Of a stretch of 64,000 nt of DNA, positions 11,901 to 20,496 are shown in pieces. Under the pieces are notes generated by a model. That model was not told the DNA's origin. It did no database searches and was given only the letters and a program-made list of their open reading frames with translations. Position 1 is the first letter of the stretch. Each line of letters opens with the position of its first letter. The translations under genes and the position numbers were made by a program. The stretch is from an uncultured Clostridia bacterium (GTDB lineage Bacteria; Bacillota; Clostridia; TANB77; CAG-508): the NCBI GenBank assembly GCA_944386135.1, contig CALWZW010000005.1:11429-75428 (forward strand). The letters are read 5' to 3'.

Positions 11901-11954
11901 GAGGCAAATGAGGTAGTTAGAGGTAGCCTAAGTTTTAAAGCTATCATAAAATAA
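8952..11954 (+). CDS. VirB1-like cell-wall hydrolase: phage-tail-lysozyme domain plus C39-like peptidase domain
   Basis: AAAGAMGNIWRES, GYGLCQWT, FERP motifs; C-terminal SGCGPTSLAMV...GHILA...ILDS. Confidence 0.8.
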   Translation: MDPENNEQKRQEQKQDEQELGGLKKGMKNVAKNAKNKFSMIFRRILAALITPLVIKIVLVVAFIGVIVAAFTSLLDFFGSSSIANVASMNILQNEVSITAGNNDEGYYFKINQDIVDKYTEELFNADQDGYYDNVEIPDGDEEETNNISEEENTTDREEYDEDAKEATRESIKEWFEVEDFDEYLVRMLSAEIASSYPKLGDYTGDEEDSQGNKKDANGDYVVQGVVKIHRQMMNQDGTVGEEFEMTYLPHEQLTALITANDRSALNYFSFDENTGLVYYATYKEIIVYVNGIEVSRILTLQENNVSYTNLTEMCSMPYNFLFALLQTSENPDYVMAVIDMLMEETDIVLMIQDQLNTTILTERYFQVEKTTSQTLTADSYTTGSGNEIETHYYWTYGGIEESYSFPAGAETRVETFTYTNTSNVYIKKAYTWCLDFEQGATLNSVITPGIEQLEDHSEGEMAGMDYNTMTSSNRGGIPSPSEGASYTIIETFLSDGNLLYSTKLDTEDYTWNVSISTEKKINYERFLGRWKNDTGEYYIGTQYKEDGIEVEYLIPEEETAKEAVVNNIADPTGQNIDDLVDLLSMYENTQNHEQILKYYWNVYYGEDIYDVNIDELLDLFDTETFTSLSDNSSLYGSSVEEKLWYALIDAGYSEYAAAGAMGNIWRESGFITNNVQNSYENSLGMGDAEYTAAVDDGTYTEFATDSVGYGLCQWTTSNRKEGLLKYVQSKGTSISNGNAQIEYLLGELDSSKSSAASAYATYQLSPRNGYTADDWINAESVEDATRAFCWLFERPAEGDSAAIDERITKAQEIYEKYHGKTRPDYTGVDSYSDGRHTYPHYLQNNYSGSYGSSTIAKSGCGPTSLAMVLAGYLDDPSITPTTVVENIKAYWPDGSYYQAGTGSMDVIYSSGFLQRYYGVTSVMYPSESEALAALDQGYPVIGREEGHILAIVPVSEELKAQGYKFYILDSARGHDGPYKSVAEANEVVRGSLSFKAIIK

Positions 11955-11993
11955 ATATTAATAGTGAATAGTAATATTCACTATTAATATTTT
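11953..11993 (+). terminator. AT-rich hairpin, possible terminator
   Basis: AAATATTAATAGTGAATA...TATTCACTATTAATATTT inverted repeat. Confidence 0.5.
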
Positions 11994-12026
11994 AAAAGAA
12001 TTATCCCAAAGAAAGGAAAAATAATT

Positions 12027-13371
12027 ATGAGTAAAACATCTAAAATGCTTCTATTTATAATGATAGTAGTTGTAATAATTATAATAATTCTTATAGGAAT
12101 ATATATTATGGCAAGAAGAAATGGTACAATATATAGTCAGCCAGAAGACCGGATATAGTGAAGAAATAGAACCAGAAGAACCAGTAGCAATAGTAAGTGT
12201 TAGAAATCATTACTATATTGTTGAAAGCTGTATAAATAAGTATTATACCTACTTAGATATATTATCTAACCTTGAAAGATATTATGAGGGCTCTACTCAA
12301 ACAGAACTTACAGAAGCAGAAAATGAAAACTCACAAATAATATACAACATGCTAGATGAAGAATATACAACTGCCAATAGTATTACAACAGATAATATAG
12401 GAACTAAATTAGAAAAAGTAAATAATCCAGTTATAGATATTGTAAATATGTATGTTAGTGAAAAAACAGATAATATATATGTATATATTATAGAAGGTAC
12501 ATTAAGAGATGATGAAAATCCAATATCAGACTTTACAATGATAGTAAAAGTAGACTTTGCTAATGAAACTTTTAGTATAATACCAAGTGATTATGCTAGT
12601 GAGCACTATGCGAATGTAAGTGTAGGCGGAACAATAGATATAGATGTTCCTGAAAATATTACAATTAACAAAAACAATCAATATATATTTAGAACAGTTT
12701 CAGATGATACTTATGCAAGAGATTTATTTAACAAACTTAAAGAAGAAATGGTATATAATGTAGAAGAAGTATACAATAGTTTAGACGAAAACTATAGAAG
12801 CACAAAAGCTACGGACTTATCTAATTTTGAGAATTATGTAACAAACAAATATGGAGATATGGCAACTCTTACAGCAGATAGCTATCAAAAAACTAATAAG
12901 GATGAATATACACAATATGTAATAATTGATACAGAAGGAAATTACTATATTTTTTATGAAACAGCTCCAATGGAGTACAGATTAATACTTGACACATATA
13001 CAATTGATATACCAGAATTTACAGATAGATATAATGAAGCAACACCACAAGAAAAAGTAATATTAAACATAAATAAATTTATGCTAGCAATAAATGATGG
13101 AGATTATGACTATGCATATAATGTACTTGCTGACAGTTTTAAAACAAATAATTTCCAAAATCTTGAAGCATTCGAAAATTATATAAAAACAAATTTCTAT
13201 GAACAAAACAAAGTAGACTATATGGAATTTGGAAACGAATCTGGGACATATTATACTTATAGAGTAAATATAACAGATGAAACTGGTGCAAATAATAACA
13301 CAGTAACAAAAACATTTATAATGTTACTGGGAGAAGGAACAGACTTCGAACTATCATTTAATATAAACTAA
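12027..13371 (+). CDS. Membrane-anchored hypothetical protein; +1 shift at in-frame CGG (12150)
   Basis: RBS AAAGGA and ATG 12027 encode MSKTSK, a TM helix, then QPED CGG ATA TAG; skipping the C gives GYSEEIEP, joining ORF 12121..13371. Confidence 0.75.
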
Positions 13372-13372
13372 A

Positions 13373-13436
13373 ATTTTTTGCGGTTGAGGATGCTGCCAAT
13401 GGGGACGCATCCTCAACCGTCCCAAATCGCAAAAAA
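13373..13436. repeat. GGGGAC(G)-type REP-like hairpin
   Basis: CGGTTGAGGATGC...GCATCCTCAACCG inverted repeat containing TGGGGACG and CCGTCCC motifs. Confidence 0.55.
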
Positions 13437-13586
13437 GACACAACTTGAATTACGTTAAAAAGCTTCTTGGAGAAGCTTTTTAATGCTTTTGTAATAAAAA
13501 TGTAATAAAAATGTAACACAATAAAATGATAATTATGGTATAATAAATAATGATTAATTGCGAAAGAAAAAGGAGGAATAAAAGTT

Positions 13587-14969
13587 ATGTTAGAAAATCA
13601 AGACAAAATAACAATTAAAGAACTAAAAACATACCTTTATTCTTTAGAAGACGAGCAAGCAAAAGCAAAAGAGAAAAAAATACAATTATACAAAACGAAA
13701 TGCGAAGCAACTAAAAAGAAGGTTAAAGAAAAAGAAATACAAAAAATAGAAAAGCAAGTTAATAAAGAATATGAAAGTCGCATGGAAGCAAAAGATGAAA
13801 TATTAGAACTTTTAGAAGAATGTAGTAGTGTTCCAAGTAAAATGGAAAAACTAGAAGTTGCAAGATATATGGTATATAGAGTAGACGCTAAGAGTGCAGA
13901 AAATACACTTCTAAAAGCAACAAAGAGAATAGGAAAAAGGTATAATGCAATAGTAGAAGCAATTGAAGACAACTTAGTTGAATTTCCAAGTCTTGATGAT
14001 GTTGAAGAAATAGATTTTAGTATATATAAGGCAAGTGGAGAGCCTTTAAAGAAAGCTAAAGAAAAATATAAAGAAAGCTATACAGATGAAGAGAGAATGG
14101 CATTAATCCAAAAAGAATTAGATATAATTGCAAAAGCAAAAATCTTCAATACAACGCCTATTCCTCATGAAATATTAAAAAATTCAGATAGAGATATTCA
14201 ATCAAAAATGCAAAAATTCAATAGCGTAAGACAAAAAAGAATAAGAATATTATCAACAATGGAGGCAGACTATCTTAAATTACAAACACCAAGAGAAATA
14301 AATACAATGATAGATGATGCAATTTTAAATATTGAAGAAATAAATGAAATACTTACAAAATCGGAATATAATAAAGTAAAAAATAGTTTAATAAGAAAAA
14401 GAAAAAAAATATATAAAAGTACAAGTGAACTAAGAAGCATAATAAAATCTAAAGAGAAAAAAACAGGAATTATAAATTATAATATACAAGAAGCTAGATA
14501 TGGAAGAATGGAGACATTAAGAAATATAATAACCGAAGCAAATAATATAATAAAAGCAAATATTATTCCAGGAGCAGAGGAACAATTAGAAAAACTAAAA
14601 TCTTCTTATGAAAGAGAAAAACAATTCGCAATAGTAATAGAAAAATTGCAAGAAGATAAAGGAGAAATAGCTGACCAGAATGTAGAGCTTAAAGCTTTTG
14701 AAGAACAAATTTCTAGTTTAGAATATAGAATAAATAATTCACGAAAGATAACAAAAGAACAAGAAGAAAAAATTGCAAAAGCAAAGAAGGAATTATTAAT
14801 TCTTTGGAAAATGGAAATTGATACAACAATTTCAAAAAGAAAAGAAACTTTGGAAATTCCAGAAAGTACAGAAGATAATAAAATAGAAAAAGATAGCATA
14901 CAAAAGAGCACAAAAAGCATTTTCTCTAAAATGAAAAAAGCACAAAGTGGAAAACATGCATGCGTATAA
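13587..14969 (+). CDS. Hypothetical coiled-coil protein
   Basis: 460-aa K/E-rich ORF; RBS AAGGAGG; upstream TGGTATAAT. Confidence 0.75.
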   Translation: MLENQDKITIKELKTYLYSLEDEQAKAKEKKIQLYKTKCEATKKKVKEKEIQKIEKQVNKEYESRMEAKDEILELLEECSSVPSKMEKLEVARYMVYRVDAKSAENTLLKATKRIGKRYNAIVEAIEDNLVEFPSLDDVEEIDFSIYKASGEPLKKAKEKYKESYTDEERMALIQKELDIIAKAKIFNTTPIPHEILKNSDRDIQSKMQKFNSVRQKRIRILSTMEADYLKLQTPREINTMIDDAILNIEEINEILTKSEYNKVKNSLIRKRKKIYKSTSELRSIIKSKEKKTGIINYNIQEARYGRMETLRNIITEANNIIKANIIPGAEEQLEKLKSSYEREKQFAIVIEKLQEDKGEIADQNVELKAFEEQISSLEYRINNSRKITKEQEEKIAKAKKELLILWKMEIDTTISKRKETLEIPESTEDNKIEKDSIQKSTKSIFSKMKKAQSGKHACV

Positions 14970-15018
14970 AAGAATACAAACACCTCTAAAATCATATAAA
15001 TAAAAGAGGTGTTTTTTT

Positions 15019-16278
15019 ATGCGAAAAATTAAGAAATTTTTATGTTTTATGATATTTGTGATAATTATAAATTTTAGTAGTTTAGTATATGCAGATGATG
15101 AATCAGAAGAGAAAAATGTAACAGTAGAAGAGATAGAAGACATATTAGAGACAGTATCAGAGATAGAAGACATACCAACAATAAATTCAAGAAATGCAGT
15201 AGTATACGATAGAACATCTCGGAGTAGTAATATATGGAAAAGAAGAAAATAAAAGGTGCAAAATGGCTTCTACGACCAAAATTATGACTGCAACAATTGT
15301 AATAGAAAATGTAAAAAATCTAAATGAAACAGTAACGGTATCTTCCAAAGCAGCGGGAACAGGAGGCTCAAGTCTAGGACTTCATACGAATGATAAAATT
15401 ACAGTAAATGACTTATTATACGGACTAATGCTATGTTCACGGAAATGATGCAGCAGTTGCTCTTGCTGAATATGTTTCAGGCAGCATAACAGAATTTGCA
15501 AATCTTATGAATAAAAAGGCAGAAGAATTAAAGTTAAAAGATACTCATTTTGTAACACCTCATGGATTAGATGAAGATGAGCACTACACAACAGCCTATG
15601 AACTTGCTAAAATTGCAGATTATGCACTAAATATAGAAGAAATAGCAAAAATAGTAAAAACTAAAGTATATACTATTAATATAAATGGGTACTCTAAAAA
15701 TATAAAAAATACAAATGAACTATTAGGGTATTTGGAAGGAGTATATGGGGTAAAAACAGGATTTACAAATGGAGCCAATAGATGTTTGGTTACCTCTGTA
15801 AAAAGAGGAGAAATGAATGTAATATGTGTTGTACTTGGAGCAGATACAAAAAAAGATAGAACGCAAGACAGTATAAAATTAATTGAATATTCATTTTCAA
15901 ATTATCAAATGGTAGATTTAAAATTTATGATTGAAGATGAATTTGATACATTAGTTGATAAGGCAAAATTTAGTATTGTAAAAGGAATAAATAATAATTT
16001 AACAATAGACTTAGAAGAGTTTGATATTACACTTTATCCAGTACATAAAGAAGATATTAAAGATATAAAAATTGAAACTGAACTAAGAGAAAATCTAATA
16101 GCACCGGTATATAAAAATGATAAAATACGGAAATCTTACATTAAAAATAGGAGATGAGATCATAATAGATTTAGATATTTCTGTAAAAAATGATATTAGA
16201 AAAAAGGAAATTTTTGATTATTTTAAACAACTGATATTTAGCTTTGATATGATGTTTTTGGAAGATTTTTGGAAATAA
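15019..16278 (+). CDS. D-alanyl-D-alanine carboxypeptidase (peptidase S11, DacB/DacF-like); three +1 shifts at CGG (15220, 15440, 16128)
   Basis: Joined protein has signal peptide, DRTS-G-VVIYGK, SxxK (ASTTK), S-G-NDAA (SxN), KTG, and DKI-G-NLTLK...FWK* at 16278. Confidence 0.85.
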
Positions 16279-16352
16279 AACAGTGTATTTTTTTATTAAA
16301 AAGGTTTAAAAAATATTAAAAAGTGATATAATAAAAAATATGGAGGGTACTA

Positions 16353-18962
16353 ATGAAAAATAATAAGAAAAATGAAGGAGTAAATCTACAAAAATACACT
16401 AGAGACTGTATTATGAGTACAGAAGAATACATAAAAGAAAAGAATATTCCACTAGATGGAATATCAAATTCAGAAGCCATTAGGCGCATTCAAGAATACG
16501 GATATAATGAAATGAAACAGGCAAAACCAAAAAAATGGTATTACTATTTTATGAAAAGCTTGTTAACGCCATTTAATTGCATTTTGCTAGGAATTGCTGT
16601 GGTTTTGAGTTATACAGATATAATAATTGCAGAAACTCCAAACTACGCAAATATCATAGTGATAGTTATTTTAGTGTTTATAAGCACATTACTAGAATTT
16701 TTTGAAGAATATAGATCGAACAAAGCAGCTGAAAAACTTAAAGAACTAGTTGCAACAACAACAACTGTTTTAAGAAGTGGAAATAGAGAAAAAATACAAT
16801 TGAAAGAAGTTGCAGTAGGAGATATAGTAATATTATCAGCAGGAGATATGATTCCAGCAGACTTAAAAGTGTTAGAAGCAAAAGATTTGTATGTAAGACA
16901 GTCTTCTCTTACAGGAGAATCTGATGCAATAAAAAAAGTTCCAATATCTGAATTAAAAGAAGATGAAATCGAAACAATATCAGATTTAGATACAATTTGT
17001 TTTATGGGTACAACTGTTATAAGTGGTAGTGCAAAAGCTGTTGTAATAGCAACAGGAGAAAACACATACTTTGCAAGTATTGCACATTCAATAACATCAG
17101 GAAAACCAAAAACATCATTCCAAAAAGGAGTAGAAAATATTAGCAAACTTCTAATAAAGTTCATGTTAATATTGATACCACTAGTATTTTTACTTAATGC
17201 ATGGAAACATGACATACTTACATCATTTACATTTGCAGTAGCAGTTGCAATAGGAATAACACCACTTCTTCTACCTGTTATTCTATCATCTAGTCTTTCA
17301 AAAGGTGCTGTACGTATGTCTAATAAAAAAACGATTGTTAAAAAGTTAGACTCTATTCAAAGTTTTGGTGCAATGAATATTTTATGTACAGACAAGACAG
17401 GAACTTTAACAGAAGATAAAATTGTTCTTGAAAAGTACTTAGACGTAAAAGGAGAAGAAGATACTCGAGTATTAAAACATGCATTTTTAAATTCATATTT
17501 CCAAACAGGACTAAAGGGAAGCATAGATGAGGCAGTAATAGCTAGAGCATACAAAAACGGTTTAGAAGAAATAATACAGAACTATAAAATAGTAGATGAA
17601 GTACCATTTGATTTTGTACGTAGAAGATTATCAGTAGTAGTAGATGATGGAAAAGAAAAATTGATAATAACAAAAGGTGCAGTAGAGGAAATATTAAATA
17701 TTTCTACAACTATTGACTATAAAGGAGAAATATCAAACATTACAAGAGAAATAAAAGAAAATATACTAAAAATAAGCAAGAATATGAATAAAGATGGACT
17801 AAGAGTAATTGCTGTAGCACAGAAAATAAGTAAAGAGGATAAAATAGATTTTGGTATAGAAGACGAAAAAAATATGACACTAATAGGATTTATAGGTTTT
17901 CTTGACCCAGCAAAAGAGAGTGCAAAAGACTCCATTGCAAGGCTTAATCGTGCAAAAATAAGAGTAATAGTTCTTACAGGAGATAATGCAGAAGTTACTA
18001 GATGCATTTGTAATAAAGTTGGTATAAAATCAAAAAGAATAGCACTAGGTTCTGACCTTGAAAAGTTGTCTGATTCCAGTTTAAAACGCCTATTAAAAGA
18101 CACAAATATTTTTGCTAAACTTTCGCCAATACAAAAAGAGAGAGTAGTAAGAGTTTTAAAAGAAAGTGGAAATGTAGTTGGATATATGGGAGATGGAATT
18201 AATGATAGTCCATCACTTATAAATTCAGACGTAGGCATTTCAGTAGATACTGCAGTGGATATTGCAAAAGAATCAGCAGATATCATACTTCTTGAAAAAG
18301 ACTTAAATGTATTAACAGATGGTGTTGTAGAAGGAAGACGTACATTTTGTAATTTAATGAAATATATAAAAATGGCGGCAAGTTTCAACTTTGGAGAGGT
18401 TTCATCTGTAATTATTGCAAGTGTTTTACTTCCATTTTTACCTATTACACCAATACAATTATTAGTACAAAGCTTACTTTATGACTTAGGACAACTAACA
18501 TTACCATTTGACAATGTCGACGACAATTATTTACAGTCTCCAAGAAAATGGGATGTAAAAGGTTTAAAAAGATTTATGATATTTATGGGACCAGTTAGCT
18601 CGTGCTTCGATTTAATAGTATTCGCTCTATTATGGTTTGTGTTCGGAGTAAGAGATGCACATGTATTTCAAACAATATGGTTCTCTTATGGCATAGTATC
18701 AAATCTAGTAGGAATGCACATTATACGTACAGCAAAAGTTCCATTTATACAAAGCAATGCGTCAAAAATGGTGTATTTTTCATCAATACTTTTGAGCATA
18801 GTTGCAATGATAGTGCCATTTACAATACTAGGAGAAGTTATAGGACTTGTTGCAATTCCATTACAGTTCTTTACAGTAATAATTGGAGTTCCAATACTTT
18901 ATTGCTTTGTAGCACTATTTGCAAAGAAGATTTATATTAAAAGAAATGGAGAATGGATATAA
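16353..18962 (+). CDS. mgtA: Magnesium-translocating P-type ATPase
   Basis: LTGES, LCTDKTGTLT, PFDFVRRR, GDGIND, YIKMAASFNFG, HIIRT motifs. Confidence 0.92.
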   Translation: MKNNKKNEGVNLQKYTRDCIMSTEEYIKEKNIPLDGISNSEAIRRIQEYGYNEMKQAKPKKWYYYFMKSLLTPFNCILLGIAVVLSYTDIIIAETPNYANIIVIVILVFISTLLEFFEEYRSNKAAEKLKELVATTTTVLRSGNREKIQLKEVAVGDIVILSAGDMIPADLKVLEAKDLYVRQSSLTGESDAIKKVPISELKEDEIETISDLDTICFMGTTVISGSAKAVVIATGENTYFASIAHSITSGKPKTSFQKGVENISKLLIKFMLILIPLVFLLNAWKHDILTSFTFAVAVAIGITPLLLPVILSSSLSKGAVRMSNKKTIVKKLDSIQSFGAMNILCTDKTGTLTEDKIVLEKYLDVKGEEDTRVLKHAFLNSYFQTGLKGSIDEAVIARAYKNGLEEIIQNYKIVDEVPFDFVRRRLSVVVDDGKEKLIITKGAVEEILNISTTIDYKGEISNITREIKENILKISKNMNKDGLRVIAVAQKISKEDKIDFGIEDEKNMTLIGFIGFLDPAKESAKDSIARLNRAKIRVIVLTGDNAEVTRCICNKVGIKSKRIALGSDLEKLSDSSLKRLLKDTNIFAKLSPIQKERVVRVLKESGNVVGYMGDGINDSPSLINSDVGISVDTAVDIAKESADIILLEKDLNVLTDGVVEGRRTFCNLMKYIKMAASFNFGEVSSVIIASVLLPFLPITPIQLLVQSLLYDLGQLTLPFDNVDDNYLQSPRKWDVKGLKRFMIFMGPVSSCFDLIVFALLWFVFGVRDAHVFQTIWFSYGIVSNLVGMHIIRTAKVPFIQSNASKMVYFSSILLSIVAMIVPFTILGEVIGLVAIPLQFFTVIIGVPILYCFVALFAKKIYIKRNGEWI

Positions 18963-18967
18963 GAGAA

Positions 18968-19082
18968 AAAAATTCGGTCGTTGGGGACGGTTCTAAACGA
19001 CCGGATTTTTAAAATTAAATTTCAACTTCAACTATAAATCAAAATCTGGTCGTTTAGAACCGTCCCCAACGACCGAATTTTT
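18968..19082. repeat. Inverted doublet of REP-like element (GGTCGTTGGGGACGGTTCTAAACGACC)
   Basis: Two near-identical ~40-bp arms in inverted orientation; another copy at 58417-58457. Confidence 0.8.
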
Positions 19083-19269
19083 CACAGCACCTTAAATAAA
19101 TAGATTATGATTGGTATTAGCAAGAAAAATGACTTAAAAGTTAGTAATATATTTTTCCAATTTCCATATACATATATTATAAAAAGAATAAGTTTTTCTT
19201 GACAATTCAACTTATTTTTGGTATCATAATAAAGCACTATGCATAAGATATAATTGTATAGTCGAAAAT

Positions 19270-19343
19270 GCAGGTATAGTTTAGTGGTAAAACGAGACCT
19301 TGCCAAGGTTTAGTCACGAGTCCGATTCTCGTTACCTGCTCCA
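19270..19343 (+). tRNA. tRNA-Gly (anticodon GCC) with atypical T-loop TCCGATT
   Basis: Acceptor stem GCAGGTA/TACCTGC, discriminator T, CCA, anticodon loop TTGCCAA. Confidence 0.93.
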
Positions 19344-19354
19344 AAATACAAAAT

Positions 19355-19428
19355 GGCGATATAGCCAAGTGGTAAGGCACGAGTCTGCAAAACTCTGATC
19401 CCCGGTTCGAATCCGGGTGTCGCCTCCA
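19355..19428 (+). tRNA. tRNA-Cys (anticodon GCA)
   Basis: GGCGATA/TGTCGCC acceptor stem, loop CTGCAAA, TTCGAAT T-loop, TCCA end. Confidence 0.95.
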
Positions 19429-19434
19429 AACAAA

Positions 19435-19470
19435 GACGAATAGCTAAGTTTAGCTATTCGTTGATTTTTT
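19435..19470 (+). terminator. Terminator after tRNA pair
   Basis: ACGAATAGCTAA...TTAGCTATTCGT hairpin followed by T tract. Confidence 0.7.
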
Positions 19471-19537
19471 ACCTAAAATATGCTATAATATATATGACCG
19501 TTTATACACTTGATAAGCACATAAAGGAGGTATTCAT

Positions 19538-19729
19538 ATGTGCGAAAAACGGAGAGCGTGTTACGGCGAAGGATGTGACACGAAAATCTGCGACGACAAC
19601 TGCGCATCGGGAATTATCGCCGCCTATATGGACGAAGTAGGTAGAGAAGAGTTCTACAATCAGTGGTATAAGAACAAACTCCCCACGAGGGTAACAAACG
19701 CCATGTGGCGTTACTTTGTGGGAAAGTAG
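19538..19729 (+). CDS. Small Cys-rich hypothetical protein (paralog 1)
   Basis: RBS AAGGAGG, upstream TGCTATAAT, downstream GC hairpin; similar to 19909..20109. Confidence 0.65.
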   Translation: MCEKRRACYGEGCDTKICDDNCASGIIAAYMDEVGREEFYNQWYKNKLPTRVTNAMWRYFVGK

Positions 19730-19748
19730 TCAGTCGCAGAACCATTTG

Positions 19749-19782
19749 GCCCCTCGAGAGACATTGCCTCTCGAGGGGCTTT
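19749..19782 (+). terminator. GC-rich hairpin terminator
   Basis: GCCCCTCGAGAG...CTCTCGAGGGGC followed by TTT. Confidence 0.7.
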
Positions 19783-19908
19783 ATATGATGTAAAGAATAA
19801 ATCAAATATATAAAGGTGTTTTCTAGTTATGTTGACTTTTTGCCCAAATTTTAGTATAATAAATATAATCGAAACACACCTTTGATAGCACATAAGGAGG
19901 TATTTCTA

Positions 19909-20109
19909 ATGTGCAAAGAGACTAATTACAAAGAGAGTTGTCCGTTGAGAAACAGGAAGTGCGGAGATAACTGCGATAGTTGTCCGGACCGGAAGGTTTC
20001 TGACTACGTCAAGAAAGTAGGCAAAGAAGAGTTTCTCATCCAGTGGATGAGGTGCACATTGCCTCACGAGATAGAGACGGCCTATCGCGAAATTACTATG
20101 CTTCGTTAA
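19909..20109 (+). CDS. Small Cys-rich hypothetical protein (paralog 2)
   Basis: TTGACT-N17-TATAAT promoter, RBS AAGGAGG; CGDNC...VGKEEFLIQW...LP aligns with paralog 1. Confidence 0.65.
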   Translation: MCKETNYKESCPLRNRKCGDNCDSCPDRKVSDYVKKVGKEEFLIQWMRCTLPHEIETAYREITMLR

Positions 20110-20116
20110 CTCTCGT

Positions 20117-20155
20117 AAGCACCCTGGGGACTATGCCCTCGGGGTGCTTGCTTTT
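20117..20155 (+). terminator. GC-rich hairpin terminator
   Basis: AAGCACCCTGGGG...CCTCGGGGTGCTT followed by GCTTTT. Confidence 0.7.
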
Positions 20156-20496
20156 ACTAAAAATCTGGTTGCTTAGAACAGTCCTTAAGCGAATGAATTA
20201 ATGTAATCTAAAATTGAAAAATAAAAATATTCCACTAGCCAATCTTTCTTAAAATCAAAAGTTCTTACGAAAATAGGAATTACAAGAAAATATTTACATA
20301 ATCAGTTGATTTTAAAGGTGAAAAGTTGTATAATTGTAATATAAATGTCATATTAGAGATGAAACTCGTGAAAACTCCTTCCGTAGTGAGTTAAGAGGCA
20401 CTTTTTTTCAGGCTAAAAAAAGGTAAAATTTTCTATTGACTTTATTTTAAAAAAATGTAAAATATAATATAAGTAAAAAGAAAAAGGTGGTAAGGT

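Noticed and set aside
1-13371. Calling the T4SS cluster an integrative conjugative element
   Set aside because: No integrase, relaxase, coupling protein or att boundary is visible and composition matches the host; the left part lies outside the window, so this stays open.
10201-18388. Long antisense ORFs (e.g. 10201..10827, 11377..11907, 16643..17215, 17717..18388)
   Set aside because: Shadow ORFs of strongly biased sense-strand genes, with no RBS or recognisable motifs.
19270-19343. tRNA-Gly as an expanded-anticodon quadruplet suppressor
   Set aside because: The anticodon loop is a standard 7 nt (TTGCCAA).
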